Assembly (NCBI RefSeq): GCF_001194135.2
Contig: NC_068999.1
Span: forward strand, 33,357,925-33,421,924
Length of the DNA: 64,000 nucleotides
Source of the DNA: Octopus bimaculoides
Taxonomy: Eukaryota
Direction: 5' to 3'
This document shows, in pieces, positions 1 through 12,945 of this stretch. The translations under genes and the position numbers were made by a program. How positions within the stretch are numbered: the stretch's first letter is position 1; each line of letters starts with the position of its first letter. The notes beneath the pieces are model-generated. The model was not told the DNA's origin, ran no database searches, and saw only the letters and a list, made by a program, of their open reading frames with translations.

Positions 1-105
1 TATATAAAAATCATTTTAACAGGAAGTGCATGACTACCATGTCTCGACTGCATGATACTATACATACATACACATATATGTATATTTATATATTTGCATA
101 TATAT

Positions 106-258
106 ATGGCGTTAGGAAGGGCATCCAGCTGTAGAAACTCTGCCAAATCAGACTGGAGCCTGGTGTTGCCATCCGGTTTCACCAGTCCTCAGTCAAATCG
201 TCCAACCCATGCTAGCATGGAAAGCGGACGTTAAACGATGATGATGATGATGATGATA
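106..258 (+). mobile_element. RTE-LINE 3' tail / derived short repeat (family D)
   Basis: ggcgttaggaagggcatccagctgtagaaac...ggacgttaaac(gat)n. The same sequence recurs near 10440, 16030, 21600, 30831, 51915, 56940 and 60130. Confidence 0.75.
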
Positions 259-462
259 TATGCATACATATATATGTATATATATATAGATTTGTATACA
301 TATATACATACATATATGTATATATATGTATGTATATATAGATTTGTATACATGCATATATGTATATATATATATATGCATATATATGTATATGTATATA
401 TACATACATATATATGTCTGTATATATTTGTAAATATATATATATACACACACAATACGAAT

Positions 463-855
463 AGGCGTAGGAGTGACTGTGTGGTAAGTAGCTTGCTTAT
501 GAACCACATGGCTCCGGATTCAATCCTACTGCGTGGCACATTGGGCATGAGTCTTCTACTATAGCCTCGGGCCGACCAAAGACTTGTGAGTGGATTTGGT
601 AGACGGAAACTGAAAGAAGCCTGTTGTATGATGATGTGTGTGTGTTTGTGTGTCTGTGTTTGTCCCCCCAACATCGCTTTACAACCGATGCTGGTGTGTT
701 TATATCCCTATAACTTAGTGGTTCAGCGAAAGAGACCGATAGAATAAGTTCTAGGCTTACAGAGAATAAGTCCTGGAGTCGATTTACTCGACTAAAGGCG
801 GTGCTCCAGCATGGCCACAGTCAAATGACTGAAACAAATAAAAGAGTAAAAGAGT
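463..855 (+). mobile_element. tRNA-derived SINE, family A (full length)
   Basis: tRNA-like head (ggctgtgtggtaag...ggttcagtccc-type A/B boxes), central microsatellite, gatagaataagtact core and ccagcatggcc(a/g)cagtc...gaaac tail. More than 15 copies in the window. Confidence 0.85.
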
Positions 856-876
856 ATTTTTACATATATGTAGCTG

Positions 877-918
<42 letters not shown>

Positions 919-1134
919 GTGTGTGTGTATATTGACTAGCACATACATTTCCTCAATTCTCAACCAATTTTCACCAAACTTTATATACACATTATGTCCC
1001 AAGGATGATCATGCACTATAACATTTTGCCTAGAGCTCCTGGGTAAATGGACAAACTGGGAAAAACGGTGATTTACATGGGTTTTTCTCTAATTCCTTGT
1101 ATGTACATAGTTGTTTGTATGTAGGGTCTTCCAT

Positions 1135-1560
1135 ACTTTTTTAATGTATATGGTCGTATATTGGCATTAGAGAATTTATATTTTAATGGTTTTCACATTT
1201 TTTGATTTATCATTTATTTATATGTTGTAATTGTTTTATTACTTTCCATGTTTTTTATGTGTATTTGTGTGTGTCTGAGTGTTTTGTTTAGCGTATATTA
1301 TAAAAGTGAATGGATTTTGTCTATTTATTTATTTTGACTGTTTTACATTCTTTTTTAATCTATATGGTCGTATATTTGCATTACAGAATATTTTTTTTAA
1401 TTGTTTTCACATTTTTTGATTTATTATTTATTTATATGTTGTAATTATGTATTCTTACTTATATTTTTTTTATATGTGTATTGGTGTGTATTGTTTGAGT
1501 GTTCTGGTTAGAGAATATTATAAAAGTGAAAGGATTTTGTCTATTTATTTCGACTGTCCA
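1135..1560. repeat. Imperfect ~210-bp tandem duplication
   Basis: tatatggtcgtatatt...tataaaagtgaa(t/a)ggattttgtctatttattt occurs twice head-to-tail. Confidence 0.8.
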
Positions 1561-2056
1561 CCTGTGACTGTGATTGAATTGACTAGGAAGACTCTACATG
1601 ATGAATATCCAATACCAAACAGTCTTAACCTCCATATTTAAACTGCATTAATCTTTGGCAAGCTTATCTTTACCTATTCTGAGTTACTTGAAAGGTGATG
1701 TTCCTTTCCCTTTCTTCTATTTGTTGATACTTTTGTTTACCTACCAATGTATCGTTTCACTTTAAGGATGCTTATTTATCCAGCCATTATGATTTTTCGA
1801 CTTGTCCATTGTTTCAAATATATTTTAGCATTGTAGTTCTAGCCTTATGATTCGTCCCAAAGAGTTATGCTCCCACTAGCAAAAGCTATACATATCTTTC
1901 AGAAAGCTCCATACCAATTTAACTTTATGTAGCATTCGCTGTTAGTTTATGTGCAGGCTATCTGAGAAGACAGAATGGGGCTTTTGTTAGCTAATAATAA
2001 AATCGATATTGACTTGGTACACTAAAACCCATTTTCCTTTTCCAGACAGTACAAGC

Positions 2057-2260
2057 ATGCCACCTAAAAAGAGAGCACACATTGGCAGAAAGTCTTCTAC
2101 AGTGGCAAGGCAGCAGTACTGGCAGGTTAAGGGAAACTGATGATCAGAGGTCCTGAAGACTGTTGAAAAGAGCTGCCACTGCTAGAGCTGCCACTGCTAG
2201 AGCTGCCACTGCTAGAGCTGCAGCTACTTCAGCACAGTATGAAACCTATTGAGTGCATGC
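2057..2260 (+). pseudogene. Degenerate basic N-terminus resembling a Helitron Rep/Hel ORF start
   Basis: tttccAG then ATG: MPPKKRAHIGRKSSTVARQQ, then with a frameshift TDDQRS*RLLKRAATARAATARAATARA (15-bp repeat x3). Resembles the R/A-rich starts of animal Helitron ORFs; no Rep or helicase motifs seen. Confidence 0.35.
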
Positions 2261-2363
2261 TATGCGTATCCTGCTCACTTTTACCATTATTACAACTTCG
2301 CAATTATCTGTCTGCCTTACAACATGACATCTTTTTACTGCGAACTACTAAAGATTCAAAGCA

Positions 2364-2419
2364 ATATTCATGAACTGAAGTCAAACTCTTCATATTCATG
2401 AACTGAAGTCAAACTCTTC
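2364..2419. repeat. Perfect 28-bp tandem duplication
   Basis: atattcatgaactgaagtcaaactcttc x2. Confidence 0.9.
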
Positions 2420-3445
2420 ATGTCTTCATTTTATGTTACTTGAAGTCAATTTTAGAGTGGTCATACACTGTAAGCACGTAGCAAATACATCCTTTAGCTC
2501 CACTTTTACAAGTAGGTATTATACTGCTATTTTTGAACATACCAATCATACTTCTCTCCCAAAAAATAGCTCTATTTGGTGTTGAATAAAATAAACTTGC
2601 AGAGAGGAAGTTTCAATGTCTTCCTTCAATTTCCTTACACCATTTATGTGGCTGTTTCTGACAAGAGATTTCGCTTTCATGTAAAACAACTATATTTTGT
2701 AGTCATTATCCGTAATCTACTCCCAAAACACTTCAGTAGCACTACTTTGTATCGCTCGCAAACTTATATGATCTATGATCATTAAAGTGCAACAGCCTCC
2801 GCAATAAGCAGCCTTCAATTTGGTTTTCCATTCCTAGGTTAATTGGAAACATAGATTGCTGTGCTACTCATAAACCTTCATGATAATTCAATTATTTGGT
2901 GGAAAAAATACTACCAAAGCAACTTAAACTGCCCAAAGGATGAGTGTGTTTGCTAGTATCTATACATATATATATATATATANNNNNNNNNNNNNNNNNN
3001 NNNNNNNNNNNNNNNNNNNNNNNNNNNNNNNNNNNNNNNNNNNNNNNNNNNNNNNNNNNNNNNNNNNNNNNNNNNNNNNNNNNNNNNNNNNNNNNNNNNN
3101 NNNNNNNNNNNNNNNNNNNNNNNNNNNNNNNNNNNNNNNNNNNNNNNNNNNNNNNNNNNNNNNNNNNNNNNNNNNNNNNNNNNNNNNNNNNNNNNNNNNN
3201 NNNNNNNNNNNNNNNNNNNNNNNNNNNNNNNNNNNNNNNNNNNNNNNNNNNNNNNNNNNNNNNNNNNNNNNNNNNNNNNNNNNNNNNNNNNNNNNNNNNN
3301 NNNNNNNNNNNNNNNNNNNNNNNNNNNNNNNNNNNNNNNNNNNNNNNNNNNNNNNNNNNNNNNNNNNNNNNNNNNNNNNNNNNNNNNNNNNNNNNNNNNN
3401 NNNNNNNNNNNNNNNNNNNNNNNNNNNNNNNNNNNCACACACACA

Positions 3446-3490
<45 letters not shown>

Positions 3491-4123
3491 ACATATATAT
3501 ATTTCAAGATGGTGTCTTGCTGATAGCAAGTGTTTTCACTTCATCCTGGAAATCTTTAAGAAAATGGCATAGAAAATCGTCAATACATCATGGTAACCAG
3601 TCTTTGTTCTATTGTGAGGTAATAATTAATACACTCTATGAAAACATTGAAACACTAAATAGATAGAATTTTCATAGAAAAGTGAAATTACAAAGTTTTT
3701 GCGTTTGTTTTCATAAGAACTCATATATTACCCATGTGTGGCAAAACCCCAGTAAATAATCAGATGAAGGAATGAAACTTCTCTACTTACACGGTAAAAA
3801 ATCCAATTCTCTTACTGAATAAGTGGAGGAAAAAACGTATGTATACAATTTTTTTTTTGTCTTTTTGTTATTACAATCTTTCGAAAGCCGACAATTGTGG
3901 TATAAGCAACTTTGTTTTCACTAACCAACTTCTCACGCAACATTATTTTCTTATACATAAACAGATCTCTTGAAAGCCCAAAATCGAAGTAAGAACGACT
4001 TTGTTTACACTAACCAACTCCTTACACAGCATTATTTTCATATATACAAACAGAAAGGTGTCTCATTTCCCGGAAAACAGTAATTGATTATGTAATTATT
4101 ATTTAGTTAACCAATTAACTACA

Positions 4124-4171
<48 letters not shown>

Positions 4172-4649
4172 CATATACATATATATATATCTTTTTAGTC
4201 TCTGCACTTGAAATTAATTTTTCAATCAACTGAAATATTATGAAGAGAAGTAAATTCCGTTTTTCTTTATATTTATGATCCCAAAACATATAAGTCTCTC
4301 CACTCTTATACCCTTTGATTGATTGATTAATTTCTCAATTCTTCTCTCTCTCTGTAGCACCCCTTACACTCTCTATCTCACGCACACACAAAAACACACG
4401 CTCTCCTGCTCTCTCTCTTTTGCTCCCTCTCACTCTCGCTCTCTCCCTACATACCTATCTGTTGGTCATGTGTGTTTATGAGAATATGTCTATAGAAAGA
4501 TTATAGATATATACTCAAAGTCACACAGATCTCTTGATTGACTAATCTGTCAATTCCTCTCTCTCCCTGTAGACCCCCCCCAACTTTCTACCATGTGCAC
4601 ACACACTCACACATGTATGCACACTCTCTCTCTCTCTCCCTGTATACTT

Positions 4650-6190
4650 ATCTGTTGAACATGCCAGCACTGATGGCCCTATCACCATCAATATCAACAC
4701 CAAACAGGACAAAAGAGCAAAGAAAGAGGTAAAAAATAATGATAAAAGGAAAAGGGATGATGAGAAATGTAAAAACAAAGCAAAAAACGAAAGTGAGCCC
4801 CTAAGTAAAACAAGAACGTCAGACAGTCAATACACAAAGGCACAAACAGTTAGGAAGTGCACACAAGTGTGTAAATTCTTCATGTGCAGTGAGTGCTGGC
4901 ATGGACATGATGGTTCAAACTGCTACTTCCTGCATCTGAAACCATACAACAGGCAGAAAAAGAAGCAAAAACCTCCCTCCAAAAGACAAAGGAAGACTCC
5001 AAATGGGAAAAAGTCATGCATCAAGGCTAAAATATGCCGATGTAGTGTGCACTGCCTGCGAAAAAAGCAATGCTTTTGAGATGCCATGATAAGGTTTGCA
5101 GCTGAACAAAAATCTTTTTTATGCATAACTCAAAAGATTTGTGCAACAGCTAATCTGGCTTCATCAATTCCAGAGTCAAAGCCATCCCCACCAACATGCA
5201 AGGCTGCCACAGCCAATGGATCCAGGGCGGACACCACTGGTATCAGCACAGAAGCCACACCAGTATACTTCATAAATTTAAGAGGACTGTTATAACTCAA
5301 TAACATAACTAAAATTACCTTCCCGAGAGACCTTGTGACATGCAACCAAGCCTTATGCATAACACTCACTGAAACGCACCTAAAACCTGACACTGCAGAT
5401 ACACTGGCCCAGAAGGGATTCCAATTCCTGAATCAAAATCAGTACGTGGTCTGAACATCAACATGAGTAATGATGCATCTTTCCAAGTGCACATTACCAA
5501 GTTGGCAACAAAATGCAGATGTCTAGCTGGATGGATCCTTAGAACTTTAAAAACAAGAGAAAAGGAAACCATGATGGTCCTCTAGAGGACTTTCATTCTC
5601 AGCCATCTGGATTACTGCTCCCAACTGTGGTCACCAAACGATGTAAAATTACCAACAGAACTTGAAGCGATCCAGCAAAGGTACATGAAGAAGATTGATG
5701 CAATGCAGCATATCAGTTTCTGGGAGAGACTGAAAGAGTTAAGATTCTCTTTCCTGGAATGAAGGTGGGAAAGATATGCAGTAATATACATCTGGAAAAT
5801 CCTAGAAAAACTTGTGCCAAACTTTGGCATTGTCAGTTACATAAACAGCAGGATAGGGCACCACTGCATAATATCAAAAACCCCAACATTGCCATCTGGA
5901 TACAGAACCAGATACTGCAACAGCTTGGATTCAAAGGCTCACAGCTCTTTAATACTCTTCCACAAAGCTTGAAAGACTCGCATGGAGTGGATGTAGGCTT
6001 TTTCAAAACAAAATTGGATCTCCTTCTGTCAGGAGTTCTAGATGAACCTACCTCAAGGCAAGAAACACAGATGAGGGTAGCAATGTCAAACTCCCTCATC
6101 CACACATTGGAAGAGGTTTAGTGAAAGGGTAGCAAAGTAAACAGCAGTGTCCCAGCATGGCCGCAGTTCTTGGACTGAAATTGAAAAAAA
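4650..6190 (+). mobile_element. CR1/L2-group LINE, internally deleted (ORF1 CCCH region, APE start, ORF2 C-terminus, 3' tail)
   Basis: ORF1-like CKFFMCSECWHGHDGSNCYFLH. APE motifs FINLRGL and LTETHL near 5270-5390. Abrupt jump to the post-RT region LDYCSQLWSP..ELEAIQ..WERLKEL..RYAVIYIWKILE. A-rich end near 6190. Confidence 0.8.
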
Positions 6191-6459
6191 ATGTGTGTGT
6201 GTGTGTGTGTGTAATGAATTTATAGTAAAGGAGAACAGAGATTTATATCCAGTTTTATTCAGCAGTTAACTACTTCTTTTCATTTCTGCACCTACACGTT
6301 TCTGCAGCAGCTAATGCACAAGCAAAATTGACATTTTTACGTTCGCATTTTGTTAATTGCCTTTTTTTATACACTCACTGAGGTTAGCCAGCATTAATAA
6401 CTGGTAAAAGCAACTACAGTACCGACTTGGATTCTGAAATTTGTCTTTTATATATTTGT

Positions 6460-6730
6460 GTGTGTGTGTGTGTATGTGTGTGTGTGTGTCTGTGTGTGTG
6501 TGTGTGTGTGTGTGTTTCCTTGTGTCTATGTTTGTCCCCCACCACCATTTGACAACCAGTGTTGGTTTACGTCCCTGTAACTTAGCAGTTTGGCAAAAAA
6601 GACTGAAAAAATAAGCACCAGGCTTAAAAAACAAAATATAAGTACTAGAGTTGATGTATTTGACTAAAATTTCTTCAAGGCAGTGCTCCAGCATGGTCGC
6701 AGTCTAATGATGGAAACGAGTAATATAAAA
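6460..6730 (+). mobile_element. SINE family A, 3' half
   Basis: gtgtctatgtttgtcccc..gacaacc..aataagcacc..ccagcatggtcgcagtc. Confidence 0.75.
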
Positions 6731-7835
6731 GAAGACACCAGTCAAGCACTGGTGTCAATTCTTCTATCTTTTTTTCCATGTTGTCTTATTTTCTCTCTCT
6801 CTTTCTTCACATACATTCTCTCTCTCCCTTTCTCTCTCTTTCTTTAATTTTACACTGTAACTATAACTGGTTGTTTAACTTGAGGCCTGTCCTGTTCAAG
6901 TAAACCTATTACCAAAAGTATTCAGATTTTGACCGTTTAATCATAGTGTATCTAAAACTACTCCAGTGTGTTTGTTCTATTTTTCTTCTTAAAATATTAT
7001 GGTAAAATTTCAGGAAGGTTTTAGCTGCTGTCTCTAGAAGGCAAACTGACAGTACAGATCCTCCCTTGTAGGCTATAAAAACACTATTTTTACTTTATGG
7101 CATCATCAATATTTCTATCACAAAGCTCCTAACCCACATTGTTGATATAAACTGACTTTCAAATAAGCAAATATCTAAATAAATAGATCATATCATGTGA
7201 TTCTGGACTATTGCTTTGTCTAAACACTTGAGACAATCAGTTTGGTCTTTAACGACACTTTTCAACCAGCCAAACTATCTGATTCCCAATCAATAAGTTC
7301 TACTAATCAATAATGAACTAATTGATGCTTAATGATAGTTCACATGAAATGCCAGACAATTTAATTCCTGGAAATAATTAGTCTTAAAAGTACAAATATT
7401 CTGATCCTTTTTGAAGATTGAGATCTTCAACATTCTAGTCAGTAGGTTTATTCCCAATACTCTGAATATCTGGAGTGTTGTCTATCAACATCTCAACAAC
7501 ACTCTGACAACAAACATCAATTGTAGTCAAAAAGAGATGCATTATTGGGGAACTAATCCAGCATGGCTTTGTTAATAAATATATTGTGGGCACAAGTATA
7601 AGCATGGGCCCAGGAACAGGGGGTGCAAGCACACTCCCTAGAATTTTTGTGGGGCGTAAAATCAAAATTTACACTTCTACTTACTTTTCTCAGGTTTAGA
7701 AAACAGTGAGTAAAAAGTAGTTTGAAGTTAGGTTTCTTCTCAAAGTACAAAGAACAAAAATGGATAAAAAGACCTTGTTTGTTAAGAATTCTGGACCTGG
7801 GTTTGCACCCACTAAGCAAATTTCATTCCTGAGCC

Positions 7836-8210
7836 AATGGGTGTAGGTGTGTGGTACGAAATTTGCTTCCCAACCACATGGTTCCATGTTCAGTCCCATT
7901 GTGTGGCACAGCACCTTGGGCAACAGTCTTCTTCTTTAGCTCTGAGGTGACCAAAACCCTGTGAGTGGATTTGGTAGATGAAAACTTTTTTAGTTTGGAG
8001 TTAATTGTTACCAGCCACCTGGTTGGTAGCAAGGTTATGAAGGAAAGCATCTTGTTTTGTTCAGCATCAATACTGCTAAGTTACAGGGATGTAAACAAAC
8101 AAGGGCTGGTTGTCAAGCAGTGGTGGAGGACAAACACAAACATGACCAGCTTATTTTATTTTGTATCCATTTATGTCTTGTAACTTAGAAGTTCACCAAA
8201 TAGAAGTTGA
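7836..8210 (+). mobile_element. SINE family A, degenerate
   Basis: tRNA-like head aaccacatggttccatgttcagtccc..gtgagtggatttggtagatg. Confidence 0.7.
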
Positions 8211-8610
8211 TAGAATTAGTACTACGGTGAATATAATTGATTAAACACCTGGATGTAGTGCACTAGCAAGGCTACAATCCAATGACTTAACATAGTAAAA
8301 CAATTAAAACAATGCACTTTAACCTATAAATATGAATAATGTAAATTATAGAAACTAATTAATTAATTAGTTCTTTATTGAATAAATAAAACATAATTAT
8401 CAAGAATTTGTACTCAGAATTTCATTTTGGATTTTTCTCGTTTTTTTGAGCTATGATTTTATTTTTCCATGGCTCATATACTTATGTCATGTCATACGCC
8501 AACTATATCTTGTAGCACATCACTCTGCATCCTTTGCTATAAATTTTGGCATGCCTAGCTAAATTTTCTAAGAAACCTAGTTACCATGGTGACATACCAA
8601 TGGTTTAGAC

Positions 8611-8951
8611 CAGTGGTTCTCAACTGGGGTCCATATGGCCCCTGAAGGTTCATACAAGATTTTTGGGGTCCACGTAAATTGAGGATCCACGATAGTATTT
8701 TAACAGCCCTTAAAAAAATTTTGCTTTAGGTGTGTGTATGTATTGGTATGTATTGTGAGAAACAGCTAGGTTTCTTTCTCTAACATTTTACATCGTTCAA
8801 CCTACACAAATTAATGTGCGAAAAACAATATAGGAATTTTGGAAAAAGGTATCTACAAATCTAGTTTTTAAACATCGAAGAGCTATGGGGTCCACCAGAA
8901 TAAAACAGTAATCAAAGGGATCCATTCATAAAAAATGGTTGAGAAACCCTG
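8611..8951. mobile_element. hAT-type MITE
   Basis: TIRs CAGTGGTTCTCAAC / GTTGAGAAACCCTG with 8-bp TSD gtttagac / ctttagac (7/8 match). Confidence 0.85.
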
Positions 8952-9082
8952 CTTTAGACGAATTGAACCAATAAAAGACCCTCTAAATGATTGCTTGACC
9001 TTCTAGAAATAACAGCCAGATCACTCTCAAATAACACCTTCCTATCTTAAAAATGGAACTACATTGAATAATGTAGTTCTAG

Positions 9083-9490
9083 GTAGGCACAGGCATGGCT
9101 GTGTGGTAAGAAGCTTGCTTCTCAACCACATGGTTCTGGGTTCAGTCCTGTTGCATGGCACCTTGGGCAAGTATCTTCTACTATAGCTTTGGGCCAACCA
9201 AAACCTTGTGAGTGGTTTTGATAGATGGAAACTGAAAGAGGCCCATTGTATATGTGTGTGTGTATATATGAATGTATGTACTAGTGTGTGTGTCTGTGTT
9301 CGTCCTCTCTTCTACTGCTTGACAACTAGTGTTGGTGTGTTTATGTCCCTGTAACTTGGCGGTTCAGCAAAAGAGACCAATAGAATAAGTACCAGACCTT
9401 ACAAAAATAGTACTGGGGTTGATTCATTCGACTAAAATGGTGATGTCCCAGCATGGCTGCAGTCTAATGATTGAAACAAGCAAAAAATAA
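9083..9490 (+). mobile_element. SINE family A (full length)
   Basis: Head, microsatellite, core and tail as in 463-855. Confidence 0.85.
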
Positions 9491-9883
9491 ACAATACTAT
9501 TTTCTGAATAAAAAGATGAACTGGCTGCAAAAAGGAATCCAATCTGCTTGGTCTGGACTGACAACATTAGAGAAAAAAATATTTAAAGCAAAAATATAGA
9601 TAGGTAGATAGACAGGAGGAGGAAGAGAGAGAGAGTATTTGTGTGTGTGTGCGTGTGTGGGTCCCAATGGATTTTGAAAATGCTTAAATTACCGTTGACA
9701 CATTTTCTTCTTTTTCTTCCTTCAGCTAATTATTTCTAATTTGGTTTCTATTGATTTCTAGAAGACATGTGAGAACTATTCCACACTGAGTTTCTAACCA
9801 TTTCTCCGAGAACTGTCAACAGTATTTCTAACTAAACATCTTTGTGAGGCAGTTAGAAACATTCTATACGGTTGCTATATATA

Positions 9884-11370
9884 TCCTGTTATACAGAATG
9901 TTCTGTCTGATTTTTCAGAATTTATTTAAAAGTGCAATCATTATATTTAATACTGCATACTTAATCATCTATATAATTTCTTTCACTTTCTATCATTTTT
10001 CTCCATCTAATTGTAAGTTTTGAATGTCTACTGACTATGCTTTTCTCTATTTAAATGATTTTGCAAAGAGGAATTTAGATGGAGCTAGGTCTGAATAATA
10101 TGGAGTGTGTGGCATTTTCCCCCATTTGAATGATTTTTAGATCATTTTTCGTGGCTTGTACAGTGTGAGGTCAAGCATTATCTTGATGAAAGGGAAACTC
10201 CAGCTATTCATTAAGGCAGGGTGCTTTCTATCCGAAGCAATATTCAAATGGGGAAGCTACCATTAGTAATTATTTGATTTTGCCCTAAAAGTTCATAATC
10301 AATAATTCCTTTCATATCCTACCAAACACTCAATAGAATGTTCTTTGAGTGAAGCCCTCCTTGTGAATGTGGCTCAAGTTTTTAATTTAAGATTAGTCAT
10401 CATTGCTGTCACTTTTGCCATCACCATTGTCATCACCATCATCATCATTATTAATACTTGTGTTCCATGCTGGCATGGACTGGATGGTTTGACAGGATCT
10501 GATGTGCTCAAGGATTGCATTGTGCTCCAAGGTCTGTTTTGGCATGGTTTCTACAACTGGGTACCCTTCCTAATGCCAATCACTTTATAGTATGGACTGG
10601 GTGCTTTTTTTATGCCATCTGGTCCTATGCAGCTCACTGAACTACAAATTTGGGGATAGGGGTCAGCTTCATGCTTAGTGGATGAAAGTTTTGAACTATG
10701 AGAAGTGGGGGTAGCAGAGCAGATTATTGCAGAGGATCTGCATAGCTACTCACATCTGGTAGGGAAGCCATGCACTTAATATTGCAGTAAAGTTTCCATT
10801 TCTCATCTCCAGCCATGACTTTATTTAAAAATGGTGCTTGGAGTTTATTTGTATCGAACAGTTCACAGCCCTGAAGTTTTTGCTGATGATTTGTTATTGA
10901 AAGAGCATGAAAACCCCATTTTCCCAATGTTGAAACCTAATATTCATAATACTAACATTAAATTCAGTAGAAAGCTCTCTCATTGTCACATTGGGACATC
11001 TTGCAATTGTTGCCTCTGGCATTTTGTCATCCAGTTCAGAGAATGTTGTTACCTAGGATTATCAACCAAATTTCAGTTGCCATATCTGAATTTTTCAAAC
11101 TACATCTGCAAAGTCTTTCATTCACTGCATCTGGGCCATAATTCTTTTTTTGAACAGTGTTGGCTAAAGCATGCAACAAATATGTTCTTTGCTTATTTGC
11201 TGGGTTTTTCAAATAGAAAATTAATGTATCAAGATATGGTTGTTGCATTATGGGAACTGTTCATGAAATGATTATGCATCAGTGACTGCCACCAATAGTT
11301 ACAGGTTTTGCAAAAACAGGTTTTAACAAGTTCAAACTTGTAGTCGGACAGAACTTTCTGTTCTACCTGA
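9884..11370 (-). mobile_element. Mariner relic with degenerate TIRs, interrupted by a family D insertion
   Basis: TA-flanked ~28-bp inverted ends (20/28 identity). Minus-strand motifs FLNKVMAGDEKW (10724-10927) and HQDNA/PH..HTPYYSDLAPS (~10050-10250). Confidence 0.8.
10440..10700 (-). mobile_element. RTE 3' tail repeat (family D) nested in mariner
   Basis: catcatcatt..ccatgctggcatgg..ggatggtttgac..cccttcctaatgccaatcac. Confidence 0.7.
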
Positions 11371-11622
11371 TATCATCTTTATTATTGTTTCAATGTTGAC
11401 TTTCCTATGCTTCCATGGGTTGGATAGAGTTCATTGAGGCAGATTTTTCTATGGTTGGATGCCCTTCCTATCACCAACCCTTATCTGTTTCCATGCAAGG
11501 TAACATTTCTCCATGGCCAGATATAGTTTTAGTCAATATTAGAAAATGAATGACACTGCTTTTATGACACTAACACTCATTTACAAGTATCACACTATGT
11601 CAAAACAGGAAGACATAAGCAA

Positions 11623-11700
<78 letters not shown>

Positions 11701-12489
11701 CTTTCAGTTTGTGTCTACTAAATCCACTCACAAGCATTTAGCCAGCTTGGGGCTATAGATGAAGATACTTGCCCAGGGTGCCACACAGTGGGACTGAACC
11801 TAAAAACCATGTGGTTGGATAAACACTAGTACATTCTGGTTTCAGACCTCACTAGGGGTTGTCTTTGTATTTTACTGATGCAACACCTGTCACTCAAGTC
11901 GTGGCTTCAATTCACTCCTTATACTACCTACTCTGATAATGTGATGGCTTGATTCCAAACTTTGGTAAAATCAGTAGAGTTGTACACAAAGTCTCATGTA
12001 GTATTTTGTAATATCTCTTTGCATTGGAGTCGACTCTGTTCTATTTTTCTGGTGTTAATAAAATGAAACACCAGTCATTTACTGAAGTCAGTATTATTGA
12101 CTGTACTCCTTTTCCTACCTGTTAGGGGCCCTGTTAGAAATCATTATTTTTATTTGTAGTAGTTGTTATTATGTTAATTTCATGAGCAGGTTGTTCCATT
12201 GATCAGATCAACTAGAACACTTGTCATTGTAACTGATGGAGTGCCAGTTATTATTTGGAGAGTAGAATGGCAATGATCAACTTTAGAAGGATTTGAACTT
12301 AGAACTTATGTGTTCTTTGGTTGTCCCTGTCTCTCTGAAGTAGTTAACTTCCTAATATCTTTCTGAAAGACATTATTATTGATATTATTATTACCATATG
12401 TGTTTATACCATGAGCATCATAGGTTGGTAGTAACTTACTGATGCATTCATGTAGTTATTCTTTGTGTATGTGTGTTCCTTTCATTCTT

Positions 12490-12945
12490 TTGGACCAATC
12501 AAATATTGGAGTTGATGTAAGATTGGTTACGCTAGAAATATCTGTCTCTGTCACTGCCTTTTAAACCCCAACCTGGTCCTTGTTTGCTTTTGGTAGATTT
12601 CATTCTGTTGCAACCTTTCGAGTCAAGTCTCCAATATCAAGTTTACTCCCGTCATTCCTCCTACCACTCCTTCCCATCCTCCTACTGCTCTCAGGGACCC
12701 TGAAAAGAGTCACAAATGTTGCTCTTCTTCTGACTAAGTCATTAGAAAAAGTTTTTTAATGAAAGAATTTTCTCTTCATTTAACAGAATTGATTTAGCTG
12801 CCTCTTTTCTGCAACTAAGATGGTTCTGTAAGAATTCCAGCAGATGAATTCAACTCCACACAGGCAACTCTCAAACTGCCATCCTCAGTATTATCTCCAT
12901 GTACATATACAAAATTCCTATTTCTAGCAATGTCCCTTCATTATA
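12490..12945. repeat. Left arm of ~450-bp inverted repeat (partner 14120-14580)
   Basis: ttttaaaccccaacctggtccttgtttgcttttgg..gcaactaagatggttctgtaagaattccagcag..aatgtcccttcattata is reverse-complementary to 14120-14580. Confidence 0.85.

Noticed and set aside
2603-2680. AG..GT-bounded open segment (TIYVAVSDKRFRFH) resembling FAIM VALSDG
   Set aside because: Short match that could be chance, and its phase is incompatible with other candidates.
3509-3800. Possible small exons (DGVLLIAS..IHH; EGMKLLYLHG) loosely like the FAIM N-terminus
   Set aside because: Weak similarity, an in-frame stop follows unless a weak donor is used, and the conserved N-terminal W/H pattern does not align.
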